A DNA stretch of 64,000 bases, taken from the NCBI RefSeq assembly GCF_006345805.1, contig NC_043008.1:58342001-58406000 (forward strand), written 5' to 3'. Both the position numbers and the translations under genes were made by a program. Origin of the DNA: Octopus sinensis. Lineage: Eukaryota. The notes under the pieces were generated by a model. It worked only from the letters and a program-made list of their open reading frames with translations. It was not told the origin of the DNA and ran no database searches. Below, piece after piece: positions 23,822 through 35,750 of this stretch (the first letter of the stretch is position 1; the number at the start of each line of letters is the position of its first letter).

Positions 23822-24501
23822 TTCCATTATACAATATTACATACATGCATACATACATACATACATACATATATTCCATCCATCTATTCATCCGTCCATC
23901 CATCTATCCGTCCGTCTATCTGTCCGTCCGTCTGTGCGTCTGTCTGTGTGTCTGTCTATCAGATACGAAACTACTAAGAAACACTTTTAACTTCTTGTTT
24001 AGATTAAATGTAATTATATAATTTTTTAAGAAAATATCTGCTCTGAAACATTAATTGAAATAATTCTTTTTTATTGAACGACATTCAGGATATACCTCCT
24101 GGCAAATATTTCAACTTCAGCTAACATTATATCATGTTTTTAGAAGCTCATTATTTTAATCGAAGACGACATCATCAAATTCCTAATGCAAATGCATTTG
24201 TCATTGTTTAACTCGAGGCGAGCCCTCATCGATCCGTTCAAACTTATGATTAAATGGATTCTCCTTGCGATACTTTAGTAGTTCTATCTAGCTATGAAAA
24301 GCCTATTATCCAGTATACGACTAATATTATGCTAATTTTGAAGTACTTCATTATCAGATGAGTGGAAGCTTGCGACAGGCCTTTTAGGTGAGTCTAGGCT
24401 GGTTCAGACTGAGCTGCCATCTGTTTGAAGCTCAGGGTTTAAATGACTTGATGTCACTCATCTTTCTTGAGTTGCGTGCTATCGTCGGAACAAATTACTA
24501 T

Positions 24502-24907
24502 TCTCTCTTTACTCTTTTACCTGTTTCTGTCATTTGACTGCGGACATGCTGGAGCACCACCGCTTAGTCGAGCAAATCGAACCCAGGACTTATTCTTTGT
24601 AAGCCTAGTACTTATTCTATCGGGCTCTTTTCCTGAACCGCTAAGTTACGGGGACGTAAAGACAGCAGCATCGGTTGTCAAGCAGTGTTGGGACAAACAT
24701 ATACACACACATACATATATATATATATATACATACATATATACGACAGGCTTCCTTCAGTTTCTGTCTACCAAATCCACTCACAAGGCTTTGGTTGGCT
24801 CGAGGCTATAGTAGAAGATACTTACCCAAGGTACCACACAGTGGGACTGAACCCGAAACCATGTGGTTGGTAATGAAGCTACTTACCACACAGCCACTCC
24901 TACGCCT
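24502..24907 (-). mobile_element. Full-length SINE family B
   Basis: Reverse complement of 44978-45384, with an internal (TA)/(CA) tract. Confidence 0.9.
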
Positions 24908-24939
24908 ATGAGTACATAATTATTGTTAAGTAACTCGAA

Positions 24940-25210
24940 CTCAACAAGGATAGCCTTTTTCAGGGTATCTTCTATGAAGCCCAAACCTGGGCTATGAAGA
25001 AACTTTAAGATGTTACGTACAGCTGGGTTCTCACGAGAGCTGACAACATTTAATGGTATGAGAACAAGATAAAGGAAAATATTTATGGACACATCACGGC
25101 CATTATTGGTCAACCCACGGTAGGCTTTGTTGGCCTCTACTATGATGCGGAACATTTAGCGATACTAGATGTTATATTTTGGAGAATTCTACACACTAAT
25201 AGAAGAAGAA
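24940..25210 (+). mobile_element. Degenerate RTE/RTEX-like LINE, ORF2 C-terminal fragment
   Basis: Plus frame FYEAQTWAMKKL...KENIYGHITAIIGQPTVGFVGLYYDAEHLAILDVIFWRILHTNRRR resembles the YGAETW...IYG...RRLRFAGHC region of RTE ORFs. Confidence 0.55.
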
Positions 25211-25689
25211 GCCAGTTAGATTACACTGATATTATTAATATTTCGAATTACTACCGTTGGTAGAGTTTGAATTTGAAACCCTAGGACTAGATCATAGATT
25301 TTGGAATGCCGTAAACAAACCGAAAATATGAAATCAAAGATCTATGAAAGCTAAGTGGGGAGGGAGAGGGAGAGAGATCCTCGGGTCGGCACTGTGAAGC
25401 GCATCTATGTTGTTGCCACTTGAAGAAGAATATATTGATATCTATTCTATTGATTATGTCCGTCCTCCGCCCAATCGGTGCTAACATCGAATTATTATCG
25501 AGGCAACTGTAATATACTATTTAGTTTTACGTGAAGTCGAGGTAATTTCTTAGCAAGCCAAATGCATTATGTGATTTCTCTTTTAGACTGATATATTTAC
25601 ATCTATAAAAATCTTTGGAAACCCCTGATCCACGAAGTTAAGCATAATTTATCTCATCTATATAACAATTAAACAACTAAACTTTCGAC

Positions 25690-25920
25690 AAATAAGTAAT
25701 TTGGTCGAAGAGAAGATTTATGGACTCATTCCTTCTATGTCCATTATCATTGGCCAACCCGCTATAGGCTTTGTTGACAATTGCTACAGTGCTGAACAAT
25801 AGGCCATATAAACTATTATATTCGAGAAACATCAACATTCTAATGGAAGAAGACTGCTCAATTATATTTACATTATTGGCAAAGACGCAAAACATGAAAT
25901 TGAAGGTCTACCCTCATTTG
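25690..25920 (+). mobile_element. Second degenerate RTE/RTEX-like fragment
   Basis: EEKIYGLIPSMSIIIGQPAIGFVDNCYSAEQ...NGRRLLNYIYIIGKD; the DNA is similar to 25080-25150. Confidence 0.5.
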
Positions 25921-26049
25921 GTCCCTTCCGTTTTAGAAACTAACATACAGGCAATATTATTGTTTTGATTTTATATCATTCCATAAAATATATTTTCTTT
26001 TTAACATATATTCAATGATGAAATTTCGTATCAATTTAAACGTAAGCAC

Positions 26050-26385
26050 AAGGCCACAAGTATGACACCAGGAGGTAATGGATTGGTTTGGTCCGTGTAC
26101 TCTAGTGGTATCATGTTTTATTGATCCTGGAAGGATGAAAAGCAATATGTACCTTCAAGGGATTTGAACTCAGAAATTAAAAAAACCCAAAATACTGGTT
26201 GGTGTGCCAATAACTCTAAATTTTTGTTGCGGGGCGAAAGATCGAGCACAATGGTTGGTCGACATTTTATTTTATTGACCCCTGAAGGACGAAAGGTAAA
26301 GTTAGTTGTCACCAGTGAAATTTGAACTCAGCACAAATACAAATCAGATTTTATCTAACGACCTAGCGATTCCGTCGCTTCGCTT
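26050..26385 (-). mobile_element. Two degenerate SINE family A fragments
   Basis: ggatgaaaagcaa...gatttgaactcagaa and ggacgaaaggtaaagt...aatttgaactcag. Confidence 0.6.
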
Positions 26386-27111
26386 TCATTTTAATTTGAT
26401 ATTGAGTTGATGTACATTCCATTCACATCGTGTAATTTGTATTTTATTGCAATATGAAAGATGCTTTTTTTTAGTTTTTTTCGAAACTACGAGACTATCA
26501 GTTATTAAGATGAAAAACTAGTAAATTATAATAGTTTTTTAAAAAAGTATTATTTAATAATTTGTCTATAAAGTTAGTAATGTAATGAAGTTAGTAATGT
26601 CACTTAATGGTATTGCTAAATTTATTACGTAATGTAACAAATAAAGTTAGTAATAGAACGAAAATATAATGTAAATTTATTTCATATTTCCACATCAAAA
26701 ATAATATTTCAATATTTTTACGATGGTATTAATCTATGGTAAAAAAGGGTAAAATTCTTGATCACAATGTTATTATGTAAACAGTAACTCATTTAACTTT
26801 ACTATAAACCCGAAAAACAAAATAAAAAACAAAAACAAAGATACACGCTAAATAACTCTAGAATAACTTGAGTTATTGTAAATGTCTTTTGATATTGTTT
26901 ACGATTTTAATCTGGTTAAAGATTATAGTGTCTGGATATTCAATAATGAGATAACAGATTATAATTAAATTCAATATTACTGGAGAATAAGATATAGGGA
27001 ACCTATTTACATAAACCATACTTAGCCAATATCAAATGATAAGATATAAAGAATGAATACAAGAGAATTTTTGTAATTGCCAAGCTCTTTCACTAATCCC
27101 CACAAACATAA

Positions 27112-27212
27112 GCGCAGGTATGGCTGTGTGTAGGCGCAGGTGTGGCTGTGTGGTGACGGGCTTGCTTCCAAAACATATGGTTTCGGATTCAGTCCCACTG
27201 CGTGGCACATTG
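27112..27212 (+). mobile_element. SINE family B head only (duplicated start)
   Basis: ggcgcaggtgtggctgtgtggt...ggattcagtcccactgcgtggcaca ends abruptly at the LINE. Confidence 0.75.
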
Positions 27213-28999
27213 CCGCTTCTTTCCCTCTGTCCGTGTTTATGCCTCTGATGACTAAAGAGGCCGATTCTTGCATGGAAGCGTCTGTTGCACAGTTCACAAG
27301 GGTTCCATGATGGTGGCTTTGGTTGTTGCAGCCTCCATTTTCTTTCTTCTTGTTTCTTTGTTGCAGCCTCCATTTTTTTATTTTCGTTTCTCTTCTTTCC
27401 TATATCGATAAGTTTCAAAATGATTTGTTACAGTAATGATGCCAGCCGGGCCTCTCCTGAGCTTCAATGTCCCAGCTGGTCCTTCCGGTGGAAAGTTCCC
27501 TATATAAAATTTGACGAGGCAACCTAGTCTATTTCATTCTTGCTACGTGGTCCGCCTGTCTCAGACAATGTTTCAGGATGGTGGCCTCGATGCTGCTGCT
27601 TTTCGTTCTCTCCAGCATGGAGACATCAGTTACATAGTCATTCCATTTGATATTCATTAATAGAGTAGAGCTTCTGTTGATGAAATCGCTCTAGTTTTTT
27701 GACGTCACTTCGGTAAAGAGTCCAGGTTTCCCAATCGTAGAGGGGAGTGATCACGACTGCTTGGTAGACACTCCATTTTATTTGGTGGTTCATATCTTTG
27801 TAATTAAAGACCTTTCCACGAATCCACCAAACGCGGTGTGAGCCGCTCTTTATCGGTTTTCCACATTCTTTTCCGATGTGCACTTGTTCGAAAGCAAACT
27901 TTCTAAGTATGAAAAGTGGTCGACTTTCTCCAGTGGCGTTTCCGAGATGGTAATATTGAGGTCTGGAGTTTCTTGACTTAGATCGGGTTGTACCAGGATT
28001 TTTGTCTTTTTGATGCTGACTTTTAGGCCAAACCGAGTGTAAGCATTGGTAAAGTTATTCACCAATTATTGAAGCTGTTCACCGGAGTGGCAGACGGCTG
28101 CGTTGTCATCGGCATACTGAAGTTCAATGATCTTTTACTTCTTGGTTAGTCTTCGTGACTTCAATCTGGAAAGGTTGAAACATCCCCCGTCATATCAGTA
28201 CCTAATGTTGACTCCTGGATTGTCGATTCATGAAACATTGCTGCAAGGTACAGACAAAAGAAGGTCGGGGCCAAAACACATTCTTTTCTTTTTAATCCTC
28301 CAGTGATGGAAGATGGTTCTGATGGAAGATGGTTCCAGTCATATCGTCATGTAATCCCTGTATCAGGGAAATGAACTGATCGGGGCAGCTAAAGTGTCGG
28401 AGGACGTTCCACATTAGATGCCTTGAGACGGTATCAAAGGCCTTTTTGAGGTCGTAAAGAACAAAATTGAGAGGTTTTTGTTGTTCTCTACACTTTTCTT
28501 GTATTTGTCGAGCATAAAAGATCATGTCAGTTGTCCCTCTGGATGATCGAAATCCACATCACGATTCATGTAGGACATCCTCCGCGATGACTTGGAATTG
28601 ATCCAGAAGGAGCCTTCCAAAGAGTTTCCCTGCGGTGGAGAGCAGTGATATGTCACGATAGTTCCCACGGATCTTTCTATCTCTTTTTGTTTTGAAGATG
28701 GTGATGATAACAGCATCTTTGAGGTCTTTGAGAACATGGTGGTTCTTCCACATTCGGAGAATCAATGTTAACAGACTAGTGTTTAATAGTAGTCCAACAT
28801 GTTTTAGAAGTTCCTCTGGGATGTTGTCTGGGCCAGGGGACTTCTGATGCTTTATGCGGTTGAGGGCAATCTGGTACTCTTCGTAGGATGTGGGTGTGTT
28901 CGTCCAGTGCCAATTTGGATGCATGTATACGTTTTTCAAGAAATTTTCCGCCGTGTTGAAGTATTGGTTCAGAAGACTCGAGAAGTGCTCTTTCAAGCG
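27213..28999 (-). mobile_element. 5'-truncated, frameshifted RTE-clade LINE (reverse transcriptase pseudogene)
   Basis: KSPGPDNIPEELLK, GNYRDISLLSTAGKLF, YDLKKAFDTV, FGLKVSIKKTKIL, VDHFSYL, ETWTLYR and terminal CNRRFHARIGLFSHQR motifs across several frames. Confidence 0.95.
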
Positions 29000-29132
29000 T
29001 TGCTCCAGTCCACTCAGCTGGCAAAAATGAGTATCGCTGCGATGGACTGGCGTCCCGTCCAGCTGGGGAACACATACGCCATAGAAACCGGGAAACCGAG
29101 CCCATGAGCCTGGCTAGGCTTTAAAAGGGCGC
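28998..29132 (+). mobile_element. SINE family D', 3' half
   Basis: gttgctccagtccactcagctggcaaaaatgagta...ggctttaaaagggcgcat closely matches 50078-50214. Confidence 0.9.
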
Positions 29133-29272
29133 ATTTATTTATTTATTATATGGAATATCAGAAGGTAAATATCTACCAGGGGCAAGAATCTTCTACCGAC
29201 ATTTGTCGTAACAATAAAACTGCCAGCATATTTGACGACACGCGTATGCTAGCATATATACTGAACGCACGA

Positions 29273-29308
<36 letters not shown>

Positions 29309-29549
29309 TTATACACGTGTATATGACTTGTTATAGGGATACACAATTGAAAAGCTGATTATAAAATGGAACGTAAATGAATGCTCTGTCGAATTTCGGT
29401 ATCATCGAATCATTGATTCAAAATTAATTACGTTACATATCACATGTTAATATGACGAGTCTTTTAGAAATGTACTTTAATTTTTATCAGCTGTAATTTA
29501 CAGTCAAATATCTCTATAGCCTGGAACGAAATTTAAACAAGCAGCATCT

Positions 29550-30150
29550 CTCTAGATACATTGAGAGATGCTCTATATTTTAGTAGATCTGTAATTGTAC
29601 CCCAGATAATTAAAGTGCGTTTCAGCTCCCTTTTGAATCCAGCATTTACAAATGACAGTAATTAATGCTGGTCACAAAGTATTCGTTTGTGAATGATGAA
29701 AACGTTAGGCTTACGTAAAATTTTTTTGCTTACAAACAACCTGTAGGGAAAATGCATGTCCAATGCTTTAGCATCAAATCCGAACCATAATAAATGATGC
29801 AATTTAAATCCATCAATCGATTATTTCTTGAATCAGTTCAGGGTTATGAGATTTCATGGTTGTTAGGAAGAATGCAGTTGCGTAAGTGATCGATTACAAT
29901 AACCCAGCAAATTATAGAGGTACAACCCCATACTTCGTTTTCATATAATATATCCAGTATTAGTTAGTTTAATAGTGAATATTTCACCTGCTCCAGGCTC
30001 TAGATATATTGAGAGATGCTCTATATTTTAGTAGATCTGTAATTGTACCCCAGATAATTGAAGTGCGTTTCAGCTTCCTTTTGAATCCAACATTTATAAA
30101 TGACCGTAATTAATGCTGGTCACGAAGTATTCGTTCGTGAATGATGAAAA
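29550..30150. repeat. About 150-bp direct repeat (29550-29702 and 29998-30150)
   Basis: ctagata(c/t)attgagagatgctctatattttagtagatctgtaattgtaccccagataatt...gaatgatgaaaa in both copies. Confidence 0.9.
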
Positions 30151-31028
30151 AAGTGGAATTTACGATACTTTTGTCGACTATAGCGGCGTATTTTAGCAGT
30201 TCGTAGGACTCGTTTAGAAGTAGCAGCATTGAGGCATTCAATGCTTGCTTGCCGTAGTTACAGAAACAACGAATGTTGCACCGGTCGTAAGAGGTTACAA
30301 AACACTGGACATCCGAATGATAAATCTTTTGTTGCATCTTAGAAGCACATTAATCATGGATTTGTCCATCTTTATATCTAGTAAAATCTCCTTGTCTACA
30401 ATCCGCCTACAGTAAAATTTATAACTAAACATCACAGATGCATCCTCGAGTACTTACTGAACAAGGATTAACTTTATTCATATGGATTTATTTTATTTTA
30501 CAATTTATATATATATTTAAGAAATATAAATCCTTTTACTCATTGAAACATGGGTACCAGATTATGAGAAAAAGAATACAATCAATTGAAATAGTTCCAA
30601 TGCAAGAATGGTTCGTAGATTATCGAATCTGGTGGAGCTTCAAAGCTAGGTCAAATACTGTAAACATTTTCTTAATCTTAAATTGGAATTGGGTGATTAT
30701 TGTGCTTAATGGTTTTCCATGTTCGTAACTCTTGTGGCATTTCGAATTTCCAAGCAAAGTATTTCGTTAAACAAGGATTTCTGTTAAACCACAGAATATG
30801 CATTTATGCTTGATAAAAGGAATTTTCTTAAATTAATTTTCGAAATGTCTCCAAGCATACCAAACTATACTTTTCTCAATAGTTTGTTACTAGATTCCTA
30901 ACGCATTTTAAGGCAAGTACCAAGGAAAAATAAATATATTAACATGTAAATTTTTTTTATATTAGACATTACTGAGCCTTTGAATATTCTATCCCATCGA
31001 TAGTTTTAAAATACTTACATGTCAGTCA

Positions 31029-31230
31029 GAGTGTAGTAGATTTTATATTGGATCTTCTAGAAAGCAGTGGATTTTATATAGCATCTATTAAAGTGCAGTA
31101 GATTTCATATAGCGTCAATAAGAGTGCAGTAGATTTCATCTAGCGTCAATAAGAGAGCGGTAGATTTCATACAGCGTCTATCAAAGTGCAGTAGATTTTA
31201 TTTAGCGTCTATGAAAGGGCAGATTTTTAT
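31029..31230. repeat. About 31-bp minisatellite, 6-7 copies
   Basis: Consensus approximately agtgcagtagatttcatatagcgtcaataag. Confidence 0.85.
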
Positions 31231-31710
31231 ACAAGATATATTTAGAATTTAATAGAGTTCATATATAGATTATCCAGAGCTGAATGCATTTGTTTGATTT
31301 TGAGCTCGAATGATTTCATTTAGTATTCATTAGTATTCAATAGCGATAAATATTTCCTAACCCAAATTATAACTTTCATGTATGTGGAAAAGGGAAGATA
31401 ATTAGTGTTTAATTAAGTATTGCCTGTGAAGGACATTATACATGGTGGATGTACCTCTTAAAAGTGATCGATAAATTATCTTCAGATCATATTTCATCGT
31501 CTTAGAAAATTTTGAAGAACACATTGAGCATTTCCTAGCTGCACCGTCTGAACAGCAAAAGGCGGGATGGTCAAGACAGGAATATTTTTTGATCATATGT
31601 CCCTTTCATCACAGCTAACTTATCGTTAAACAATAGCAATAATTACAAATGCATTTCAGTGTATAAACAGTTTGGCTGCTTGTCTCTCTAGAGACTGTCA
31701 GAATGTTGAG

Positions 31711-31764
31711 GACGACTCTGATGAGAACCCAATACTGTTCGAAAATCGATTAAGATTGGTCGTC
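31711..31764 (+). ncRNA. Minimal type I hammerhead candidate, copy 1
   Basis: gacgact-CTGATGA-gaac ccaatact gttc-GAAA-atcgat-TA; palindromic AATCGATT stem III; a downstream ggtcgtc can pair with gacgact. Confidence 0.6.
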
Positions 31765-31816
31765 ATTTTTTCAGTCTGTGGAGAAATGGCTAAAATCTGC
31801 CTGTCTATAATTATAT

Positions 31817-32056
31817 ATTTCTTTATTGCCCACAAGGGGCTAAACATAGAGGGGACAAACAAGGACAGACAAAGGGATTAAGTCGATTACATCGACCCCT
31901 CCCCCCCAGGGCGAAACTGGTACTTAATTTATCGACCCCGAAAGGATGAAAGGCAAAGTCGACCTCGGCGGAATTTGAACTCAGAAAGTAACGACAGACG
32001 AAATACCGCTAAGCATTTCGCCTGGCGCGCTAACGAGTCTGCCAGCTCGCCGCCTT
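31817..32056 (-). mobile_element. Full-length SINE family A
   Basis: Complete reverse-complement head, core and tail type 1. Confidence 0.95.
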
Positions 32057-32251
32057 ACAAATATAACTAATATGTTACATATTTATTATACCATACCTTG
32101 ATACTGTGTGGACTAAGATCCCCGTTGACAGACCGCTGTAATTATAGTGTTAAACACTTACGGTATGCAAATTAGGGTCTCCTTCATAGAGTAACAGCTA
32201 TATTTGTTGAGTTTGGCTGCTTGTTTCTCTGGGGACTCTCAAAATGATGTC

Positions 32252-32305
32252 GACGACTCTGAAGAGAACCCAATAATGTTCGAAAATCGATTAAGATCGT
32301 TCGTC
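32252..32305 (+). ncRNA. Minimal type I hammerhead candidate, copy 2
   Basis: gacgact-CTGAAGA-gaac ccaataat gttc-GAAA-atcgat-TA-agatcgttcgtc, inside a 140-bp segment (32210-32352) homologous to 31669-31810. Confidence 0.6.
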
Positions 32306-32525
32306 ATTTATTTTCAGACTGCGGAGAAATGGCTAAAATTTACCCTGTTTATAACTACGCCATATGTTGCATACTATCACTCCAATGACATATTTATAGG
32401 CACCTATGCATGTGCCTACATATACATGCGTGTGTGAATGTGTATGCGTACGCCTGTGTTCGTTTACATTTCTTAGGTCGATGAAAACTGTAAAATATGT
32501 TCGCCAAACGTTATCGATAAATTAG

Positions 32526-32808
32526 CTTAGCGGTTCGCCAAAGAAGATGGATAAATAACTTAGCGGTTCGCCAAAGGAGATCGATAATATAACATGGCGG
32601 TTCACCAATCGAGATCGATAAAATAACCTAGCGCTTCGCCAAAGGATATCGATAAAATATATTTTATTATATAATTTAGCAGTTCGCTAAAGGGTTCGGT
32701 AAAATAAATTAGCAGTTCGCCAAAGGAGATCAATAAAATAACCTAGCGTTTCGCCAGAGATCGGTAAAATAACTTAGCGGTTCGCCAAAGGAGTTCGATA
32801 AAATAACA
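32526..32808 (+). repeat. 33-34-bp minisatellite (8 units) derived from the SINE family B tail
   Basis: Unit aacttagcggttcgccaaaggagatcgataaaat versus SINE aacttagcggttcggcaaaagagaccgatagaat. Confidence 0.85.
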
Positions 32809-33184
32809 GTTATGTAGATAGATTGATAGACAGATAGAGAGGGAATGAGAGAGAGAGAGTTTTCTTTTCAATTTCATGTGGTGAAAGCAATTTTCCTTTT
32901 TCTTTCTCCTTCCTTTTTCCTTCCCATTGTATACTTATCAACATATTTGTAAATAAACACACTTTCTCATAAATGCTGGTGACCTTTCAAGATGTCAGTT
33001 TTAGGAAGTAGGATGGAAAAAAAAAAGAAATGAGGGGAAGTTGCGGTCATCAATGGACAATAAAAAAGAGTTCAAAGTTCAAAGTCCTATGAAAATGTAT
33101 ATTCCTTTACACTTGTATAGTATAGTCAAGTCCCATAGTCTGTGTAATTCCATGTTTTGCATGAGCAAACATTAAATAGTAGTA

Positions 33185-33509
33185 GGAGCACTCCGTCGGT
33201 TACGACGACGAGGGTCCCAGCTGATACGATAAACGGGACAGCCTGCGCATGAAATTAAAGTGTAAGTGGCTTAGCAATCCACAGACACGTGTACCCTTAA
33301 CGTAGTCCTCAGGGAGATTCAGCGTGACACTCAGTGTGACAAAGCCGGCCCTTTGAAATACAGGTACAACTCATTTTTGCCAACTGAGTGGACTGGAGCA
33401 ACGTGAAATGAAGTGTCTTGCTCAGGGACACAACGCGTCGCCTGGAATCGAACTCACGACCTTACAATCGTGAGCCGAATGCCCTAACCACTAAGCCACC
33501 CGCCTTCAC
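33185..33509 (-). mobile_element. SINE family E (OR-like head, different tail, possibly Nin/Deu-domain-like) with 11-bp TSD
   Basis: aaatagtagta at 33174-33184 and 33510-33520. Same head and core as families C and D'. The domain name is tentative. Confidence 0.85.
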
Positions 33510-34076
33510 AAATAGTAGTAAAATATTTATAAAATAAGAAAATAAAGTCAGAATATAAAAATAATAATTTGGTACTGTTTATAACTCAATCTATTCTCTA
33601 TGTACATTTAATCAAACATCATAAATGGGTTTTGTATGCATATTGTGTATTTAGCTGGGAGCCACTCTGTAGGATATAAATGATATAATACAGCGGAGCC
33701 TGCTTAAATATATTTTTGAGTATCTTTCATCCGTTTGTAGGATTTATTTTCCGTTTTCTTTTTTGCATAAATAAGATAATTCAAAAGATATTTTTCACGA
33801 ATTACTTTGCCAAATAGCTACATTAGATATCTTTTCCAATCAGTGGTAAAATGGTTCTAGTATTCTTTCTCGGTTATGTGTAAGTTCTGTAAGAACAGCA
33901 GTTGCCAAAATCCCAATGTTATATATATTTGATCATTTATAGAGATGAGTATCACATTATTAATATTGGAGCCACATTCAGAAACAACAGTAATAGTATT
34001 TTTTCTTCATCAATCATCACTGCTATTAAAAAAATTATAATAAAAAAAATGTAGTTCTTCTTTTTCTCTTTCAAAC

Positions 34077-34318
34077 TCTCTTTTACTCTTTTACTTGTTT
34101 CAATCATTTGACTGCGGCCATGCTGGAGCACCGCATTTAGTCGAGCAAATCGACCCCGGGACTTATTCTTTGTAAGCCCAGTACTTATCCTATTGGTCTA
34201 TTTTCCCGAACCGCTAAGTTACGGGGACGTAAACACACCAGCATCGGTTGTCAAGCGATGTTGGGGGACAAACAGACACACAAGCATATACACACACATA
34301 CATATATATATACATATG

Positions 34319-34366
<48 letters not shown>

Positions 34367-34575
34367 GATATATATATATATATATATATGTATAACAGAC
34401 ACACAGACACTCAAACAAACGCACACACACATATATATACATATGCATATATACGAAGGGCTTCTTTCAGTTTCCGTCTACCAAATCCACTCACAAGGCT
34501 TTGGTCGGCCCGAGGCTATAGTAGAAGACACTTGCCCACGGTGCCACGCAGTGGGACTGAACCCGGAACCATGTG
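34077..34575 (-). mobile_element. SINE family B lacking its first ~45 nt
   Basis: Matches family B up to ggaaccatgtg, then switches to Penelope sequence. Confidence 0.9.
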
Positions 34576-35270
34576 TTCCTCCATTACTTTTAGGAATTTT
34601 GAGTCATCTCTTGAACACTTGTAAAAGAGAGAGATTTCAAACTTTCCTTCACCGCATATTTCTAGATGCTTGCTCAGTGGAATCTTGCGTAATTCCTCTT
34701 GTCGAATGTGCTGTCTGGGGATTCTCGCACGATGGCAGGAGGAAATTGTTTGGGGAAAGTAATACACTATGTGAGAGTCTGCGTCTTACAGTTCATATCT
34801 GCATTTACTTTGAGCGAGAATCTGCTCTTGAATTTTTTGTAGGAACCACTTCCTAAGTATTTAAAGTTGTCGTTGCATGTTCCACATCTGCCATCTCCAC
34901 ATTCTTTTACGGATAATTCGGATTCATTCTCTGATGTGAATTTTGCTCTTATGAAGTGTTTTTTGAGATTTTTTTGGTTGGTATCTACTGTTTCGTAAAG
35001 GATTTTTATCAGTCTGATTTTTCATTTTGGGGCTTTGTAGAAATATGGGTAAGTTTGATTTTATGGCGTGAAAGATATTGGCTATCCCAGGATTGTGCGT
35101 ATTGATAAATGCAATCGTGTGTTCATTAAATTTTCCTTTGATGTCCTTAGTTGTGTAATGCTCAGCTTCATCGCCTTTTTAATTCTCCCCTTTATCAATC
35201 CTAAAGGGTATTTCTGCTTTGTACGTATTTTGTTGTCTATTATAAACAGGGTGGGTGGAAATAACTAGGC
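34576..35270 (-). mobile_element. Penelope-like retroelement fragment (RT C-terminal linker and GIY-YIG endonuclease region), decayed
   Basis: Frameshifted minus-strand translation: QKYPLGLIKG..IKKA, NTHNPGIANIFHAIKSNLPI, NLKKHFIRAKF, KECGDGRCGTC, DMNCKTQ, RQHIRQEELRKIPLSKHLEICG. The YIG segment appears deleted. Confidence 0.8.
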
Positions 35271-35295
35271 ATTAGAAATTGTTTATAAAATTTTC

Positions 35296-35750
35296 AGTAT
35301 TACTGAAGTCATGAAGAAAACACTTTTAAACAGAAAACACTAATGGGGATTCATTACTTTCTTATTGTCTTATTTCTTATTTTCCAGATTGCCGGTCACT
35401 TGGCTGTTAAGCAGCAAGCTAAGATAGCAGCACGCTATGAAGTGTGGAATTCCATTGTTTTGGTTCGGAGATGTTGGCGTGCATTGAAAAGTAAACATGC
35501 AACACTACGTCCGGAGACAAAATAAAAAGCTGTCATGCGGAGGTGATAAGCACGAGTTCTGTGATCGATGGGAGAAGTGGCCGCCCAACCACATCCCGAT
35601 CAGCGGAGAACGTAGTAACAGTGCAGGAAATGTTTTATCACCGCCTGCAAAAACCACCCGTCAAGTAGCTTGTGATAGTGGACTAACAAGACAATACAAT
35701 ACGTACGGTGTTGCATAAAGAATTGAATTTTCGTCCGTGGAAACATGAAG
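35296..35750 (+). mobile_element. Tc1/mariner-superfamily transposase 5' fragment (HTH region)
   Basis: ARYEVWNSIVLVRRCWR...PAKTTRQVACDSGLTR...TIRTVLHKELNFRPWK across frameshifts. Confidence 0.55.

Noticed and set aside
24883-25155. 90-aa minus-strand ORF similar to ORF 25677-25895, at first suggesting duplicated exons
   Set aside because: The opposite strand matches RTE/RTEX ORF2 C-terminal motifs, so the similarity is explained by two LINE remnants.
32526-32808. CRISPR-like appearance of 33-34-bp repeats
   Set aside because: The units are contiguous with no unique spacers, derive from a SINE, and lie in eukaryotic context with no cas genes.
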